A stretch of DNA of 64,000 nucleotides from Candidatus Latescibacterota bacterium (GCA_965116885.1 OZ220741.1:5248001-5312000); one strand, 5' to 3'; shown: positions 29,203 through 39,328, counted from the first letter of the stretch. A program made the numbers and translations. The notes: generated by a model not told the origin, from the letters alone.

Positions 29203-30564
29203 ATGGTCTCATTCGACGCTGGAACCCGGGTGCATTTTATAGGCATTGGCGGCATAAGCATGAGTGCGTTGGCCGAATTGCTCGCCGCACGAGGATGCCT
29301 CATTTCGGGTTCTGACCGGCAGGACTCGCCGATCATCCGGCGTTTGGAACAACTCGGTATTCCCGTGCGCATTGGACATGCGCGCAGTGCCATCGCTGGA
29401 GCCGACTGCGTCGTTTATACATCGGCGACGGATTCTGAGAATCCCGAAAGAAAAGCGGCGCGGGAAAACGGCATCCCTCTGTTGCGCCGTGCAGAATTAC
29501 TCGGTCAACTCGTGAATCCACATCCCGCGATATGCGTGGCGGGCACGCATGGCAAGACCACCACAACGGCAATGATCTCGACCATGCTCAGCACTGCAAA
29601 CCAGGATCCCACAACTCTTGTAGGGGGTGTGATTTGCGGCTGGGAGACCGCGTTGCACATTGGTAATGGCGCGCTTTGGGTGGTAGAAGCCGACGAATAC
29701 GATCGCTCTTTTTTGACATTAAAACCCAAAATTGCCGTGGTGACAGCACTGGAAGCCGATCACCTCGACTGCTATGAAGATATGAATGACATTCGCGCGA
29801 CTTTTGAACAATTTGTCAATACCCTGCCCGACGATGGCTGTGCTGTATTGTGTGCCGACTCCCCCGAGATACGCCTGCTCAATCTCGATGGGCGATATGA
29901 AAAAATAACCTATGGCTTGACAGGCGGCGATCTTCGCGCAACGAATATTGAACAAGATGGTTTTGGGGTGGCCTTTGACGTATTAAAAAAAAATAAGCGG
30001 TTGGGGCGCACGCGCCTTCAAGTGCCGGGCAAACACAATGTGACTAATGGCCTATCAGCACTTGGAGTTGGCGTGTATGTCGGCCTCAATTGGGAAGAAA
30101 TTTGCAGTGGTATGGAAGCATTTCGAGGTGTTCATCGTCGGTTTGAAATACTCGGCAAAGCACAGGGGATCGCGGTGATTGATGATTACGCTCATCACCC
30201 CACAGAAATTGCCGCTACAATTCAGGCTGCGCGGGCGGGATGGTCTGGCCGCCTTGTGGTCGCTTTTCAACCGCATTTGTACACCCGCACGCGAGATTTT
30301 GCGCGAGATTTTGCCCAAGTGCTACAACGGGCCGATCGCGTGTGGATCACCGATATTTACCCCGCGCGAGAAGAACCCATTGCGGGTGTTGATGGAAAGT
30401 GGCTTGCCGATCAGATTCCCGGCGCAAATTACGCACCTGCGTTAAATGATCTAAAATCGGCATTGTTAAACGAATTGCACGCCGACGACCTGCTCCTGGT
30501 TATGGGCGCTGGGGATATTGAAACAGTTGCCCGCGATATTTACCAAATCCTTAGAGAAATATAA
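29203..30564 (+). CDS. murC: UDP-N-acetylmuramate--L-alanine ligase
   Basis: HFIGIGGISMS, GTHGKTTTT, EADEYD, DDYAHHP and FQPH. ATG 29203 chosen; the longer ORF-track start overlaps ftsW. Confidence 0.96.
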   Translation: MVSFDAGTRVHFIGIGGISMSALAELLAARGCLISGSDRQDSPIIRRLEQLGIPVRIGHARSAIAGADCVVYTSATDSENPERKAARENGIPLLRRAELLGQLVNPHPAICVAGTHGKTTTTAMISTMLSTANQDPTTLVGGVICGWETALHIGNGALWVVEADEYDRSFLTLKPKIAVVTALEADHLDCYEDMNDIRATFEQFVNTLPDDGCAVLCADSPEIRLLNLDGRYEKITYGLTGGDLRATNIEQDGFGVAFDVLKKNKRLGRTRLQVPGKHNVTNGLSALGVGVYVGLNWEEICSGMEAFRGVHRRFEILGKAQGIAVIDDYAHHPTEIAATIQAARAGWSGRLVVAFQPHLYTRTRDFARDFAQVLQRADRVWITDIYPAREEPIAGVDGKWLADQIPGANYAPALNDLKSALLNELHADDLLLVMGAGDIETVARDIYQILREI

Positions 30565-30568
30565 GGCA

Positions 30569-31486
30569 ATGTACGATGCACGACGCGATTTGCTCGCGAG
30601 AGAGATTCAAAGCCAATGCCGGGGCAAGCTCAAGCGCGATGAACCCCTCGCCAAACATACAACATTTGGGTTGGGCGGCGCAGCGGACCTCTTTTTTTCA
30701 CCGGCCGATCTCGGTGATCTGGCCATTGCTGTCCCCCTGATCAAAGACGCCGGGCTTCCAATTTTTCCGCTGGGCGGAGGAACAAATACGCTCGTGCGCG
30801 ACAGCGGATTCCGCGGTCTGGTCATTTCACTTACAACGGGCGCGCGACGCATTGAGATTGGAGATGACGAAGGCGTCATACAGGCGGGGGCGAGCACTCA
30901 GGTGGTATCTCGGCAATGCCAGCGGGCAGGCAAAACGGGATTGGAATTCGGATGCGGAATTCCCGGTACCATCGGCGGCGCAATATGGGGCAATGCCGGT
31001 GCCTGGGGCGGGGAAACGATGGATTGTGTAAACTGGCTGCGCGGTATTGATCTCAGAACGAGTCGAGAAATTTACCTCGAGCAATCCGACATCTCTTTTG
31101 GATATCGACACACTGATTTGCCCGATGATCTGCTCATTGTCGAAGCTGGATTTCGACTTGCAGAAGGTGATCCCAAAACCATTGCCGCTGAGATGGATCG
31201 CATGCTATCAGAGCGCAAGAGCACGCAACCGCTGTCAAACCGCAGTTCGGGGTGTATTTTTAAGAACCCACCAGGGCATTCTGCGGGAGCTCTCATCGAC
31301 AGTGCCGGATGCAAAGGGATGGCGATAGGGGCAGTGAAAGTTTCGGATGTACACGCCAATTTTATGGTCAACCTCGGCGGGCATTCCACCGAAGATGTGC
31401 TCGCGCTGATCGCACGGGTTCAAAAGCGCGTTTTTCAGGTTCACAAAATTGAATTGGAGACAGAAGTAGGAATATTAGGTGAATAA
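30569..31486 (+). CDS. murB: UDP-N-acetylenolpyruvoylglucosamine reductase
   Basis: HTTFGLGG, LGGGTN, GIPGTIGG, NAGA, FGYR, SGCIFKNP and HANF. Confidence 0.96.
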   Translation: MYDARRDLLAREIQSQCRGKLKRDEPLAKHTTFGLGGAADLFFSPADLGDLAIAVPLIKDAGLPIFPLGGGTNTLVRDSGFRGLVISLTTGARRIEIGDDEGVIQAGASTQVVSRQCQRAGKTGLEFGCGIPGTIGGAIWGNAGAWGGETMDCVNWLRGIDLRTSREIYLEQSDISFGYRHTDLPDDLLIVEAGFRLAEGDPKTIAAEMDRMLSERKSTQPLSNRSSGCIFKNPPGHSAGALIDSAGCKGMAIGAVKVSDVHANFMVNLGGHSTEDVLALIARVQKRVFQVHKIELETEVGILGE

Positions 31487-31509
31487 TGAACTTTTTCCAG
31501 GAGGGTTTT

Positions 31510-32325
31510 ATGTCGGGATATAAACCAATCTACATATCTCACAGGTCTAAAAATATACCGGACGCGGTGAACATGACCCTGGACACAACCCCTAAACCGC
31601 AGAAGAGCCCGCGAAAGCTCGCGCGCTGGGTAATTGTTATGACGCTGATGAGTCTGCTGGTTGTGGGTATCCAAAATGCCTATTCATCTCTGGCAGATTC
31701 AGATTTCTTTCTCATGACACATATCCGAGTCCACGGCAACTCCATGATGTCTGAAGCTGAGGTCGTGACTCTTTCACAATTGCAGGTAGGCACAAATCTT
31801 TTTGCATGTGATATAACATCTGCAACGGAACGCGTGGCACAACACCCCGTAGTTAAAAAAGTGTTGCTACATAGAGAACCACCGGCAACACTGGTCATTA
31901 GCATCGAGGAACGCCACCCTGTTGGGCTGTTGAACACGCCCAATGGTTTGATGGGGCTGGATGAGTCCGGCAAAATTTTTCTCCTGCCTCCTGCTGCGCA
32001 GGTGGATTTGCCCATTCTGACAGGTGTTGATTTGCAAAGGGATAAGGATGGCTCCTGGGCAATTGCTCTGGCGGAATTTGTGACGGAATTGCAAATCCAC
32101 ACGCCGGCATTTTGGCGCGAAATATCAGAAATTTGCACAGATAATCCCCATTCTGCTACGGTTTATCTGGTGGCCGATGATCTGGCCCTCAAAATGCGTT
32201 TTGAAAACCCCGAAAAGCAGATTCGGAATTTCCGGGCCTACACCCAGACCTCATCTGGACTTGGCACAGATCTCGCGTATATTGACCTGCGCTATCGGGA
32301 TCAAGTAATCGTGGGAAGGCGGTAG
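31510..32325 (+). CDS. ftsQ: Cell division protein FtsQ/DivIB
   Basis: TM helix, POTRA-like 'IRVHGN...EERHP', C-terminal YIDLRY. ATG 31510 after GGAGG. Confidence 0.88.
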   Translation: MSGYKPIYISHRSKNIPDAVNMTLDTTPKPQKSPRKLARWVIVMTLMSLLVVGIQNAYSSLADSDFFLMTHIRVHGNSMMSEAEVVTLSQLQVGTNLFACDITSATERVAQHPVVKKVLLHREPPATLVISIEERHPVGLLNTPNGLMGLDESGKIFLLPPAAQVDLPILTGVDLQRDKDGSWAIALAEFVTELQIHTPAFWREISEICTDNPHSATVYLVADDLALKMRFENPEKQIRNFRAYTQTSSGLGTDLAYIDLRYRDQVIVGRR

Positions 32326-32353
32326 TAGTTCATTAGTGAAAGGGACCCACACG

Positions 32354-33574
32354 ATGGATCGGATTGTTGGACTCGATATTGGCTCCACCAAGATCTGTGT
32401 TGTTGTAGCTGAAGTAGATGATGATGGCACGCTCAAAATCACGGGATTGGGTAGTAGCCCCTCTCAGGGCCTCAAGCGCGGTGTGGTGATCAATGTGGAA
32501 AAGACCGTGCAATCTATCCGCACAGCTATAGAAGATGCTCAGGAAATGTCGGGGACGCACATCAGTGCTGTTTATGCGGGCATTGCCGGCGATCATATTC
32601 GCAGCGTGAATACGCGGGCGGTTGTGGCCGTGTCGGGACCGGACAACGAAATTACGGCCAATGATGAAGAACGCGCAATTGAAGCGGCCAAAGCGGTATC
32701 TATTCCCATGGACAGGGAAATTGTGCACGTGCTGCCACAATCTTTTGTCGTTGACGATCAGCCCGGTATTAAAGATCCCATTGGCATGTCGGGCGTGAGA
32801 CTCGAAGTCGATGTACACATCGTAACCGGCGCTGTGACTTCAGCACAGAATATCTGCAAAAGTATCCGACGCGCAGGTGTAGAAGTGGTGGATCTGGTAC
32901 TTGAACCCATTGCTTCGAGCTACGCGGTATTGACGCCTGACGAAGAGGAAATGGGCGTAGCATTGGTCGATGTAGGGGGTGGCACGACCGACCTCGCGGT
33001 GTTCTACGACGGTGCTATTCGTCATACAGCCGTTGTGGGATTGGGGGGAACAAATGTGACAAACGATATGGCTATTGGTTTGCGAACGCCCTGGAAACAA
33101 GCCGAAGCCATGAAGCGAGAAAGCGGCTGTGCATTACAGTCACTGGTCAGGCCCAACGATATGGTCGATGTGCTGGGTGTTGCTGGACGACCTTCTCGCG
33201 AGGTCTCTCGGGCGAAAATGGCCGCGATTATTGAGGCGCGTATGGAAGAAATTTTTGGACATATAAATCAGGAGATTCGCCGCACCGAGTATGCCGACCT
33301 GCTGGGGGCGGGCATCGTGCTCACAGGTGGAGGTTCAATGCTCCAGGGTTGTGCTGAACTGGCCAAAGAAATTTTTGACTTGCCCGTGACTATTGGCAAA
33401 CCCCGAGGGATAACGGGGCGAGCCAATGCCGTGAGCGAACCGCTCTATGCCACCGCTGTTGGACTGGCGCAATTTGGTCTGTTTCACCAAAATCGCGATT
33501 TTATATTCGATGATGGCGATTTTTTTGATTCAATTTTTGGTCGTATGAAAAACTGGGTTCAAAATTTTTTCTAA
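32354..33574 (+). CDS. ftsA: Cell division protein FtsA
   Basis: GLDIGSTK, DPIGMSGVRLE, DVGGGTTD, VLTGGG, and a C-terminal amphipathic helix. Confidence 0.97.
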   Translation: MDRIVGLDIGSTKICVVVAEVDDDGTLKITGLGSSPSQGLKRGVVINVEKTVQSIRTAIEDAQEMSGTHISAVYAGIAGDHIRSVNTRAVVAVSGPDNEITANDEERAIEAAKAVSIPMDREIVHVLPQSFVVDDQPGIKDPIGMSGVRLEVDVHIVTGAVTSAQNICKSIRRAGVEVVDLVLEPIASSYAVLTPDEEEMGVALVDVGGGTTDLAVFYDGAIRHTAVVGLGGTNVTNDMAIGLRTPWKQAEAMKRESGCALQSLVRPNDMVDVLGVAGRPSREVSRAKMAAIIEARMEEIFGHINQEIRRTEYADLLGAGIVLTGGGSMLQGCAELAKEIFDLPVTIGKPRGITGRANAVSEPLYATAVGLAQFGLFHQNRDFIFDDGDFFDSIFGRMKNWVQNFF

Positions 33575-33698
33575 AAAATTTCATCTTTACTAATGTTGTG
33601 CTCTGCGCCCAACCCCACACTTCCCCGGTTGGGGGGTTGGACGAACTGACAGTTAATAGCCTATCATTTTCTACCCGTTGTTCAAAGAGGGGGTTCTC

Positions 33699-34964
33699 AT
33701 GGTTACTTTTTCGATTGTTGACGCCGATAGCCAGGCCAAAATCCGAGTCGTAGGCGTCGGAGGGTCAGGTGGCAATGCAATCAATCGCATGATTGAGTCG
33801 GGGTTGCAGGGCGTTGAGTTTATTGCCATAAACACCGACGAACAAGATCTCGAACTTTCACAGGCGCCTCATTGCATTCAAATTGGGCGCGATGTGACAA
33901 AAGGGTTGGGCGCGGGTGCCAATCCTGAAATTGGCGCAGAGGCCATTGAAGAAAATCGCGACGAGGTCGGCGAAGCATTGGCCGGATCCGATATGGTTTT
34001 TGTGACCGCTGGTATGGGAGGCGGCACGGGCACGGGTGCAGCGCCCACCGTCGCCGAAATTGCTCGCGAAGCAGGCGCGCTCACTGTGGGCATTGTGAGT
34101 CTGCCTTTTAGAATGGAAGGCATGCCGCGCATGCGCAATGCTCAAGCGGGTATTGATTCCTTGAAAAGATCTTCTGATACAGTGATTATTATTCCCAATC
34201 AGCGGCTTTTAGAAATCAGTTCAGAAGATACAACACTGACAGAGGCATTTCTCATCGCCGATGATATTTTGTTGCAGGCCACGCGAGGCATTTCCGATTT
34301 GATCACCATACCCGGCGAGGTGAATCTCGACTTTAATGACGTGCGTACGGTAATGCAAGCCGGTGGTGATGCGCTGATGGGTACAGCCGAGGCTTCGGGT
34401 GAAGATCGGGCAATTACAGCAGCTGAAAAAGCATTGAATAGCCCATTGCTCGACAATGTATCTGTTGCAGGTGCTCAGGGGGTGCTGGTGAATATTTCGG
34501 CCAGCAGTGAACTGAAGCTGTTTGAAATGGATAAAGCAGTGAATCTCATTACCGATGCCGTGGGCCACGAAGCCAATATTATATGGGGCACGGTGCTCGA
34601 TGATAACCTCGGGGACGAAATGCGCGTCACAGTTATTGCTACGGGCTTTAATACTGGTTCACCGCCGAAGCCAAATGCGAACATTTCTTACTCGAAATTC
34701 ACGCCTGAACCTCCTGTTAGCACAGATATCCCCGCCTTTATACGCAAAATTGAATCTGAGAATACTGAGCCTACAGATACAGAGGCAGAAGTCGTGGAAA
34801 AAGTCGCGGAAAAACCCGAGAAAAAACCCGAGAAAAAACCCGAGAAAAAATTTGAGAAAACATTCGAGGAAAAACCCGAGGAAAAATCCAAAATCGACAC
34901 CATATCCCTAAACGATCTGCAATACCCCACATTTCTTCGCAGACAAAGGCAACAAGAAGGGTGA
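33699..34964 (+). CDS. ftsZ: Cell division protein FtsZ
   Basis: [21 protein letters not shown] tubulin signature, NLDFND, and C-terminal YPTFLRR. Confidence 0.98.
   Translation: MVTFSIVDADSQAKIRVVGVGGSGGNAINRMIESGLQGVEFIAINTDEQDLELSQAPHCIQIGRDVTKGLGAGANPEIGAEAIEENRDEVGEALAGSDMVFVTAGMGGGTGTGAAPTVAEIAREAGALTVGIVSLPFRMEGMPRMRNAQAGIDSLKRSSDTVIIIPNQRLLEISSEDTTLTEAFLIADDILLQATRGISDLITIPGEVNLDFNDVRTVMQAGGDALMGTAEASGEDRAITAAEKALNSPLLDNVSVAGAQGVLVNISASSELKLFEMDKAVNLITDAVGHEANIIWGTVLDDNLGDEMRVTVIATGFNTGSPPKPNANISYSKFTPEPPVSTDIPAFIRKIESENTEPTDTEAEVVEKVAEKPEKKPEKKPEKKFEKTFEEKPEEKSKIDTISLNDLQYPTFLRRQRQQEG
34809..34887 (+). repeat. 12-bp coding tandem repeat in the FtsZ linker (KPEK units)
   Basis: aaaaacccgag-type units repeated, encoding [26 protein letters not shown]. 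Confidence 0.8.
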
Positions 34965-35017
34965 AATAAGACGTGAGACGTAAGACGCAAGATGACGTAA
35001 GCTCCCCCTTGCGTCTT

Positions 35018-35902
35018 ATGCCCCCCCAAAAACAGGCATATATCTACGCAATTTCTGCCGTCTTTCTGTGGTCAACAGCGGCCACGGCATTTAAGTTATC
35101 TCTGCGCGTTTTAGATCCTATCCAACTTTTGTTCTACGCTGTACTTGCGTCGTCCATTGTTCTGGGCATAATTATAGTGGCTCAGGGCAAATGGTCGGCG
35201 ATTTTTTTGTGTACACGACGGCAGTATTTGCAATCCCTCGGATTGGGGTTGCTCAATCCGTGTGCCTACTATCTGGTGTTGCTGCGCGCTTATGACCTGC
35301 TACCCGCGCAGGAAGCGCAACCTCTGAATTACACCTGGGCAATAGCACTGGCACTATTATCCATTCCCCTTTTGAAACAGAAATTGACCCTGTGGGATGT
35401 GATTGGCGGGGTGGTGAGTTATGCGGGAGTATTTGTGATTTCTACTCGGGGCAATATAACGGGATTTCGATTTTCCAATCCTCTGGGAGTGGGACTGGCC
35501 CTTTTCAGCAGCTTTTTATGGGCACTGTACTGGATTTTCAATACACGGGATACGCGAGACCCTGTTGTGGGAATGTTTTTGAATTTTGTTTTTGCATTGC
35601 CCTTTGTGCTAACAATCTGCATCGTATTTTCAGATATTCAGATCAATATACAGGGATTATTCGGCGCTATTTACGTCGGATTATTTGAAATGGGCATCAC
35701 ATTTGTCCTGTGGTTATCGGCGATGAAGCTGACTACTCACACCGCGCGAATCGGGAATTTAATTTTTTTATCCCCATTCTTATCTCTCGTCTTTATCCAC
35801 TTTTTGGTGGGAGAAGATATATTTCCTTCCACTTATGTCGGGCTGACGTTGATCATCGCGGGCTTGATTGTACAACAAAGAAAGTCCCAAAGCGTTGCCT
35901 GA
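35018..35902 (+). CDS. DMT/EamA family transporter
   Basis: About 10 TM helices, two EamA repeats, 'QEAQPLNYTW'. Confidence 0.88.
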   Translation: MPPQKQAYIYAISAVFLWSTAATAFKLSLRVLDPIQLLFYAVLASSIVLGIIIVAQGKWSAIFLCTRRQYLQSLGLGLLNPCAYYLVLLRAYDLLPAQEAQPLNYTWAIALALLSIPLLKQKLTLWDVIGGVVSYAGVFVISTRGNITGFRFSNPLGVGLALFSSFLWALYWIFNTRDTRDPVVGMFLNFVFALPFVLTICIVFSDIQINIQGLFGAIYVGLFEMGITFVLWLSAMKLTTHTARIGNLIFLSPFLSLVFIHFLVGEDIFPSTYVGLTLIIAGLIVQQRKSQSVA

Positions 35903-36075
35903 ACTGCTTTACACGCTACACATTTGACCACTAAAGCCCGTCAAGCCCAATCCTTTAGGTTTGGGTTACCAAGGGCTTTGATTTTGGGTTTGCTTTAGCA
36001 TCCTGAACTTTCTACTTGGCACCACACTATATATTTGTTAGATTTTAATCATATATTCTAACAAAAGAGTTAGTT

Positions 36076-36489
36076 ATGGAGCTAAAAAGTCCTAATATGA
36101 AGTATCACACTTCGCATAGTGCAGTGTTCAGTTGTCATTATCACATTATTTGGTGTACTAAATTTCGTCGCCAAGTATTAGATGAAGATATGCAAAAGCG
36201 AATAAAAGAATTGGTGTTTGAAAAACAAGATGAGTATGGCTACGAAGTGCAAGCGTGTGAAGTGTTATCTGATCATGTCCATGTACTTTTGTCTATTCCA
36301 CCATCAGAGGCGGTAAGCCGTGTTGTGGGCAGGATTAAAGGTTATACCGCTCATGTTTTGCGGTCTGAATATCCAGCGTTAAAAAGCAGGTTGCCGTCTT
36401 TGTGGACTCGTAACAAGTTTGTAGCAACTGCTGGCGAAGTAACGCTTGAGGTTCTAAAACGATATGTAGAAAATCAAAAAGGTGTCTGA
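36076..36489 (+). CDS. tnpA: IS200/IS605 Y1 HUH transposase
   Basis: YHIIWCTKFRR, DHVHV (HUH), LWTR, and RYVENQ (catalytic Tyr). Confidence 0.96.
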   Translation: MELKSPNMKYHTSHSAVFSCHYHIIWCTKFRRQVLDEDMQKRIKELVFEKQDEYGYEVQACEVLSDHVHVLLSIPPSEAVSRVVGRIKGYTAHVLRSEYPALKSRLPSLWTRNKFVATAGEVTLEVLKRYVENQKGV

Positions 36490-37616
36490 TGGACTATATC
36501 ACGCACAAATTTAAGTTGTATTCGCGTTGTGATCGCAACAAGTATCTCCATAGGGATATAGACGCTTTTGCTGGCGTGTATAACCATTTCATTGCCCTGC
36601 ACAAGCGATACTACCGCAGATTTGTCAAGTATCCGAACAAGTTTGCCCTGATGAAGCACCTAACGAAACTGAAACGGACAAAACGCTTTGCCCAGTGGTA
36701 TTTGCTCCCGAATCAGGCGTTGCAAAACGTGATAGAAAGGATTGATTTCGGATATGACAAGTTTTTCAAGCGGGAGAACAAGCGACCGCCGAAGTTTCGT
36801 AGCCCGTTCAGGTATAAGTCCTATACACTAAAAACTGCGGGGTATAAGTTTTTGGCGCGTAACAAGATACAGATTAGCTTCGGCATATCAGGCAAAACTA
36901 AGCGTGTATATCGGTATCACAAGAGTATGGACTTCGATGTAGAAAGTGTTAAGACGGTCACAATTAAACGTGATCGGGTAGGCGATTTGTGGTTGTGTGT
37001 TGTTGCAAGAGCAGATAGGTTCAAGCAGGATTTTGTCAAGACGGGTAAAACCGCAGGCTTTGATTTCGGCTTGAAAACATACCTTACTGCTTCGGACGGC
37101 ACAAGAATACAATCGCCTTTGTTTTTTTCTCGTAACATCAGAAAGGTCAAGAAGGCCAATCGCAATCTTTCTGGCAAGGATAAGGGGAGCAACAATCGCC
37201 AGAGCGCAAGCGTAAATCTTGCCAGAGTGCATCGGCGTGTTGCGAACCAACGGCGGGACTATCACTGGCGTCTTGCGTATCAACTATGCCGGGAGTATGA
37301 TTTCTTGTCCTTTGAGACGTTAAATATCAGGGCAATGCAGAAGTTGTGGGGCAGAAAGATTAGCGACCTGGGTTTCTCTGATTTTCTCACGATCGTTGCG
37401 TATGTTGCAAAAAAGACGGGTACAGGTTTCAAAAAACTTGATATGTGGGAAAAAACGTCTAAGACCTGCTCGGGTTGTGATACCGTGAAAGACGATCTCG
37501 AGTTGCGAGAGAGAACATTCCGTTGCGGCGAATGTGGTCTTGAGATAGATAGAGACCTCAACGCTGCAATAAACATTCACAGGTGGGGACATCCACCTAT
37601 GCAGGAGGCCGCGTAA
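36489..37616 (+). CDS. tnpB: RNA-guided endonuclease TnpB
   Basis: RuvC-I GFDFGLK, RuvC-II FETLN, zinc ribbon CSGC/CGEC, RuvC-III DRDLNAAINI. Confidence 0.95.
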   Translation: MDYITHKFKLYSRCDRNKYLHRDIDAFAGVYNHFIALHKRYYRRFVKYPNKFALMKHLTKLKRTKRFAQWYLLPNQALQNVIERIDFGYDKFFKRENKRPPKFRSPFRYKSYTLKTAGYKFLARNKIQISFGISGKTKRVYRYHKSMDFDVESVKTVTIKRDRVGDLWLCVVARADRFKQDFVKTGKTAGFDFGLKTYLTASDGTRIQSPLFFSRNIRKVKKANRNLSGKDKGSNNRQSASVNLARVHRRVANQRRDYHWRLAYQLCREYDFLSFETLNIRAMQKLWGRKISDLGFSDFLTIVAYVAKKTGTGFKKLDMWEKTSKTCSGCDTVKDDLELRERTFRCGECGLEIDRDLNAAINIHRWGHPPMQEAA

Positions 37617-37726
37617 GACTGGGCTTGCATAGCCAGTAACGGCTGATGATCGCACAATCTCTGGCTAAAGCACCGAGAATCCCAATGCTTCAGCTTTGAG
37701 AGTATGTCAAATTAGTTTAATCCGAT
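37581..37726 (+). ncRNA. Predicted TnpB omega/reRNA scaffold plus about 16-nt guide from the flank
   Basis: Structured right end overlapping the tnpB 3' end (ggtggggacatccacc, cgtaagac, RE hairpin, TCAA). The guide would be attagtttaatccgat. The 5' boundary is inferred. Confidence 0.55.
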
Positions 37727-37753
37727 TCCACAACGATTGATAAAGGAGGATTT

Positions 37754-39295
37754 ATGCCTGAACGTCCAAATATCCTGATTTTGCACAGTGACGAACACAG
37801 TTTTCGCTTTTTATCGGCGCGCAGCCGTGAGCGGGGTGGTGAACCCTGTCACACGCCCACATTGGACGGTTTGATTGCACAAGGCGTCAATTTCGACGCG
37901 GCCTATTGTCAGATGCCTCTGTGTACACCAAGCCGTATTTCAATGCTTACAGGGCGGCACGCCCATCGGTGTGGCGCGTGGTCCAATGGGTCGATTTTGG
38001 ATCCCGATTTGCCCACATTTGGCAGTCATTTTCGGGCCAATGGGTATGAAACAGCGGTCGTGGGCAAAACGCATTTGGGTGGATCTTTACAACACGCCGG
38101 ATTTGGCGCGCGGCCCTATGGCGATTTTGGTGGTCCCTGTTCTCACCAGCCCGACCCATTAAACAAAACAGGAGATGGTTTGCGAACGCGCACAGTCGAT
38201 GCGGGAATCAGCGAAGTGCCCGAATCACTCTTACAAGAAAATATGATCGCGCGCGAATCACTTGCGTGGCTGCGCGAACATCGCCATGCCAATCCCGACA
38301 AGCCCTGGTTGGTCTATACGTCATTTAGCCGCCCGCACTTCCCGTTGACTGCGCCGAAGAGGTTCTTCGACCGCTATTATCCCAAAGGGGTGACGCCACC
38401 CTGGGTGCGCCGCACAGGCGATAGTGCCGACCATCCGATGACAGTGGGCGCAATCAAGGGGTTTCGGACTGAAGAGATAGCCGAAGATGAAATGCTAAAA
38501 GCGCGCGCAGCTTATTTTGCAGCAGTCGATTTTTTGGACGAAATTTTGGGCGATTTTCTCGCCTTACTCGACCGCGATGGATTTTTGGATAACACAGTCA
38601 TTGTATATACATCAGATCACGGAGAACTGGTGGGCGAACACGGGATATGGTGGAAAAATACCTGGCACGAAGCCGCCGCTCACGTGCCTTTTATCTTTTC
38701 GCTTCCCGAACACCGCAACGGTAGCCTGAACGCACGAGAAATACGCACACCCGTAAGCCTCGCCGACCTCTTCCCCACGCTTTGCGGATTGGCGGGTCTA
38801 AATTGTCCGGATGGAGTAGATGGTGTGGATTTGACGGATGTACTAAAGGGAAAAACGAGTGCCGCGCTCGATAACCGCGCAGGCGTGATTACCGAATCGC
38901 CAAATCCCCGCTGGGGCAAAGGCACAGAGTTTCGTATGATTCGCTCCAGACAGTACAAGTATATCGCATTTCGAGATTGTGACGATCTCGCCTTCGACAT
39001 GGAAACCGATCCCGACGAACAACGCAATTTGCTAAAACACGATCCCGATAATGCCGACTTAAAAGCATTGCGGGAAGCAGTACTGGATAGATTTGACTTC
39101 GACGAAGTAGAAGCCCTGCGCGAAAAGCAAACCGCTGAATTGCGTGCCAAATATCCAGCGCGGGTAAAAATGCGAACCCCCAATCAAATTCTGCGGGGCG
39201 ACGGCAAATTGGTCGAAGTCGATACACCTCTGTACGCGTCCGAAGTGATCAGCGATGATCTCGCACGAGACTTTGACGATTATCCCGGTCGGTAG
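37754..39295 (+). CDS. Formylglycine-dependent (S1) sulfatase, choline-sulfatase-like
   Basis: RPNILILHSDEH, CTPSR (CxPxR), GKTH, RPHFP and TSDHGE. Confidence 0.92.
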   Translation: MPERPNILILHSDEHSFRFLSARSRERGGEPCHTPTLDGLIAQGVNFDAAYCQMPLCTPSRISMLTGRHAHRCGAWSNGSILDPDLPTFGSHFRANGYETAVVGKTHLGGSLQHAGFGARPYGDFGGPCSHQPDPLNKTGDGLRTRTVDAGISEVPESLLQENMIARESLAWLREHRHANPDKPWLVYTSFSRPHFPLTAPKRFFDRYYPKGVTPPWVRRTGDSADHPMTVGAIKGFRTEEIAEDEMLKARAAYFAAVDFLDEILGDFLALLDRDGFLDNTVIVYTSDHGELVGEHGIWWKNTWHEAAAHVPFIFSLPEHRNGSLNAREIRTPVSLADLFPTLCGLAGLNCPDGVDGVDLTDVLKGKTSAALDNRAGVITESPNPRWGKGTEFRMIRSRQYKYIAFRDCDDLAFDMETDPDEQRNLLKHDPDNADLKALREAVLDRFDFDEVEALREKQTAELRAKYPARVKMRTPNQILRGDGKLVEVDTPLYASEVISDDLARDFDDYPGR

Positions 39296-39328
39296 AATAG
39301 TTAAGCGTTCAATTTTTTGGAGGTTGCA

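Larger units (their letters stand above)
35929..37710 (+). mobile_element. IS200/IS605-family insertion sequence (tnpA + tnpB), about 1.78 kb, inserted 3' of TTGAC
   Basis: Left end: TTGAC target (35924-35928), CAAG guide, hairpin cccaatcct-tt-aggtttggg. Right end: GAAT guide, hairpin tcccaatgc-ttca-gctttgaga, terminal TCAA (37707-37710). Lower GC than the flanks, no target duplication. Confidence 0.9.

Noticed and set aside
33608..33641. GC-rich hairpin between ftsA and ftsZ as a terminator or ncRNA
   Set aside because: No U-tract and no recognisable RNA family; at most a stability or processing stem.
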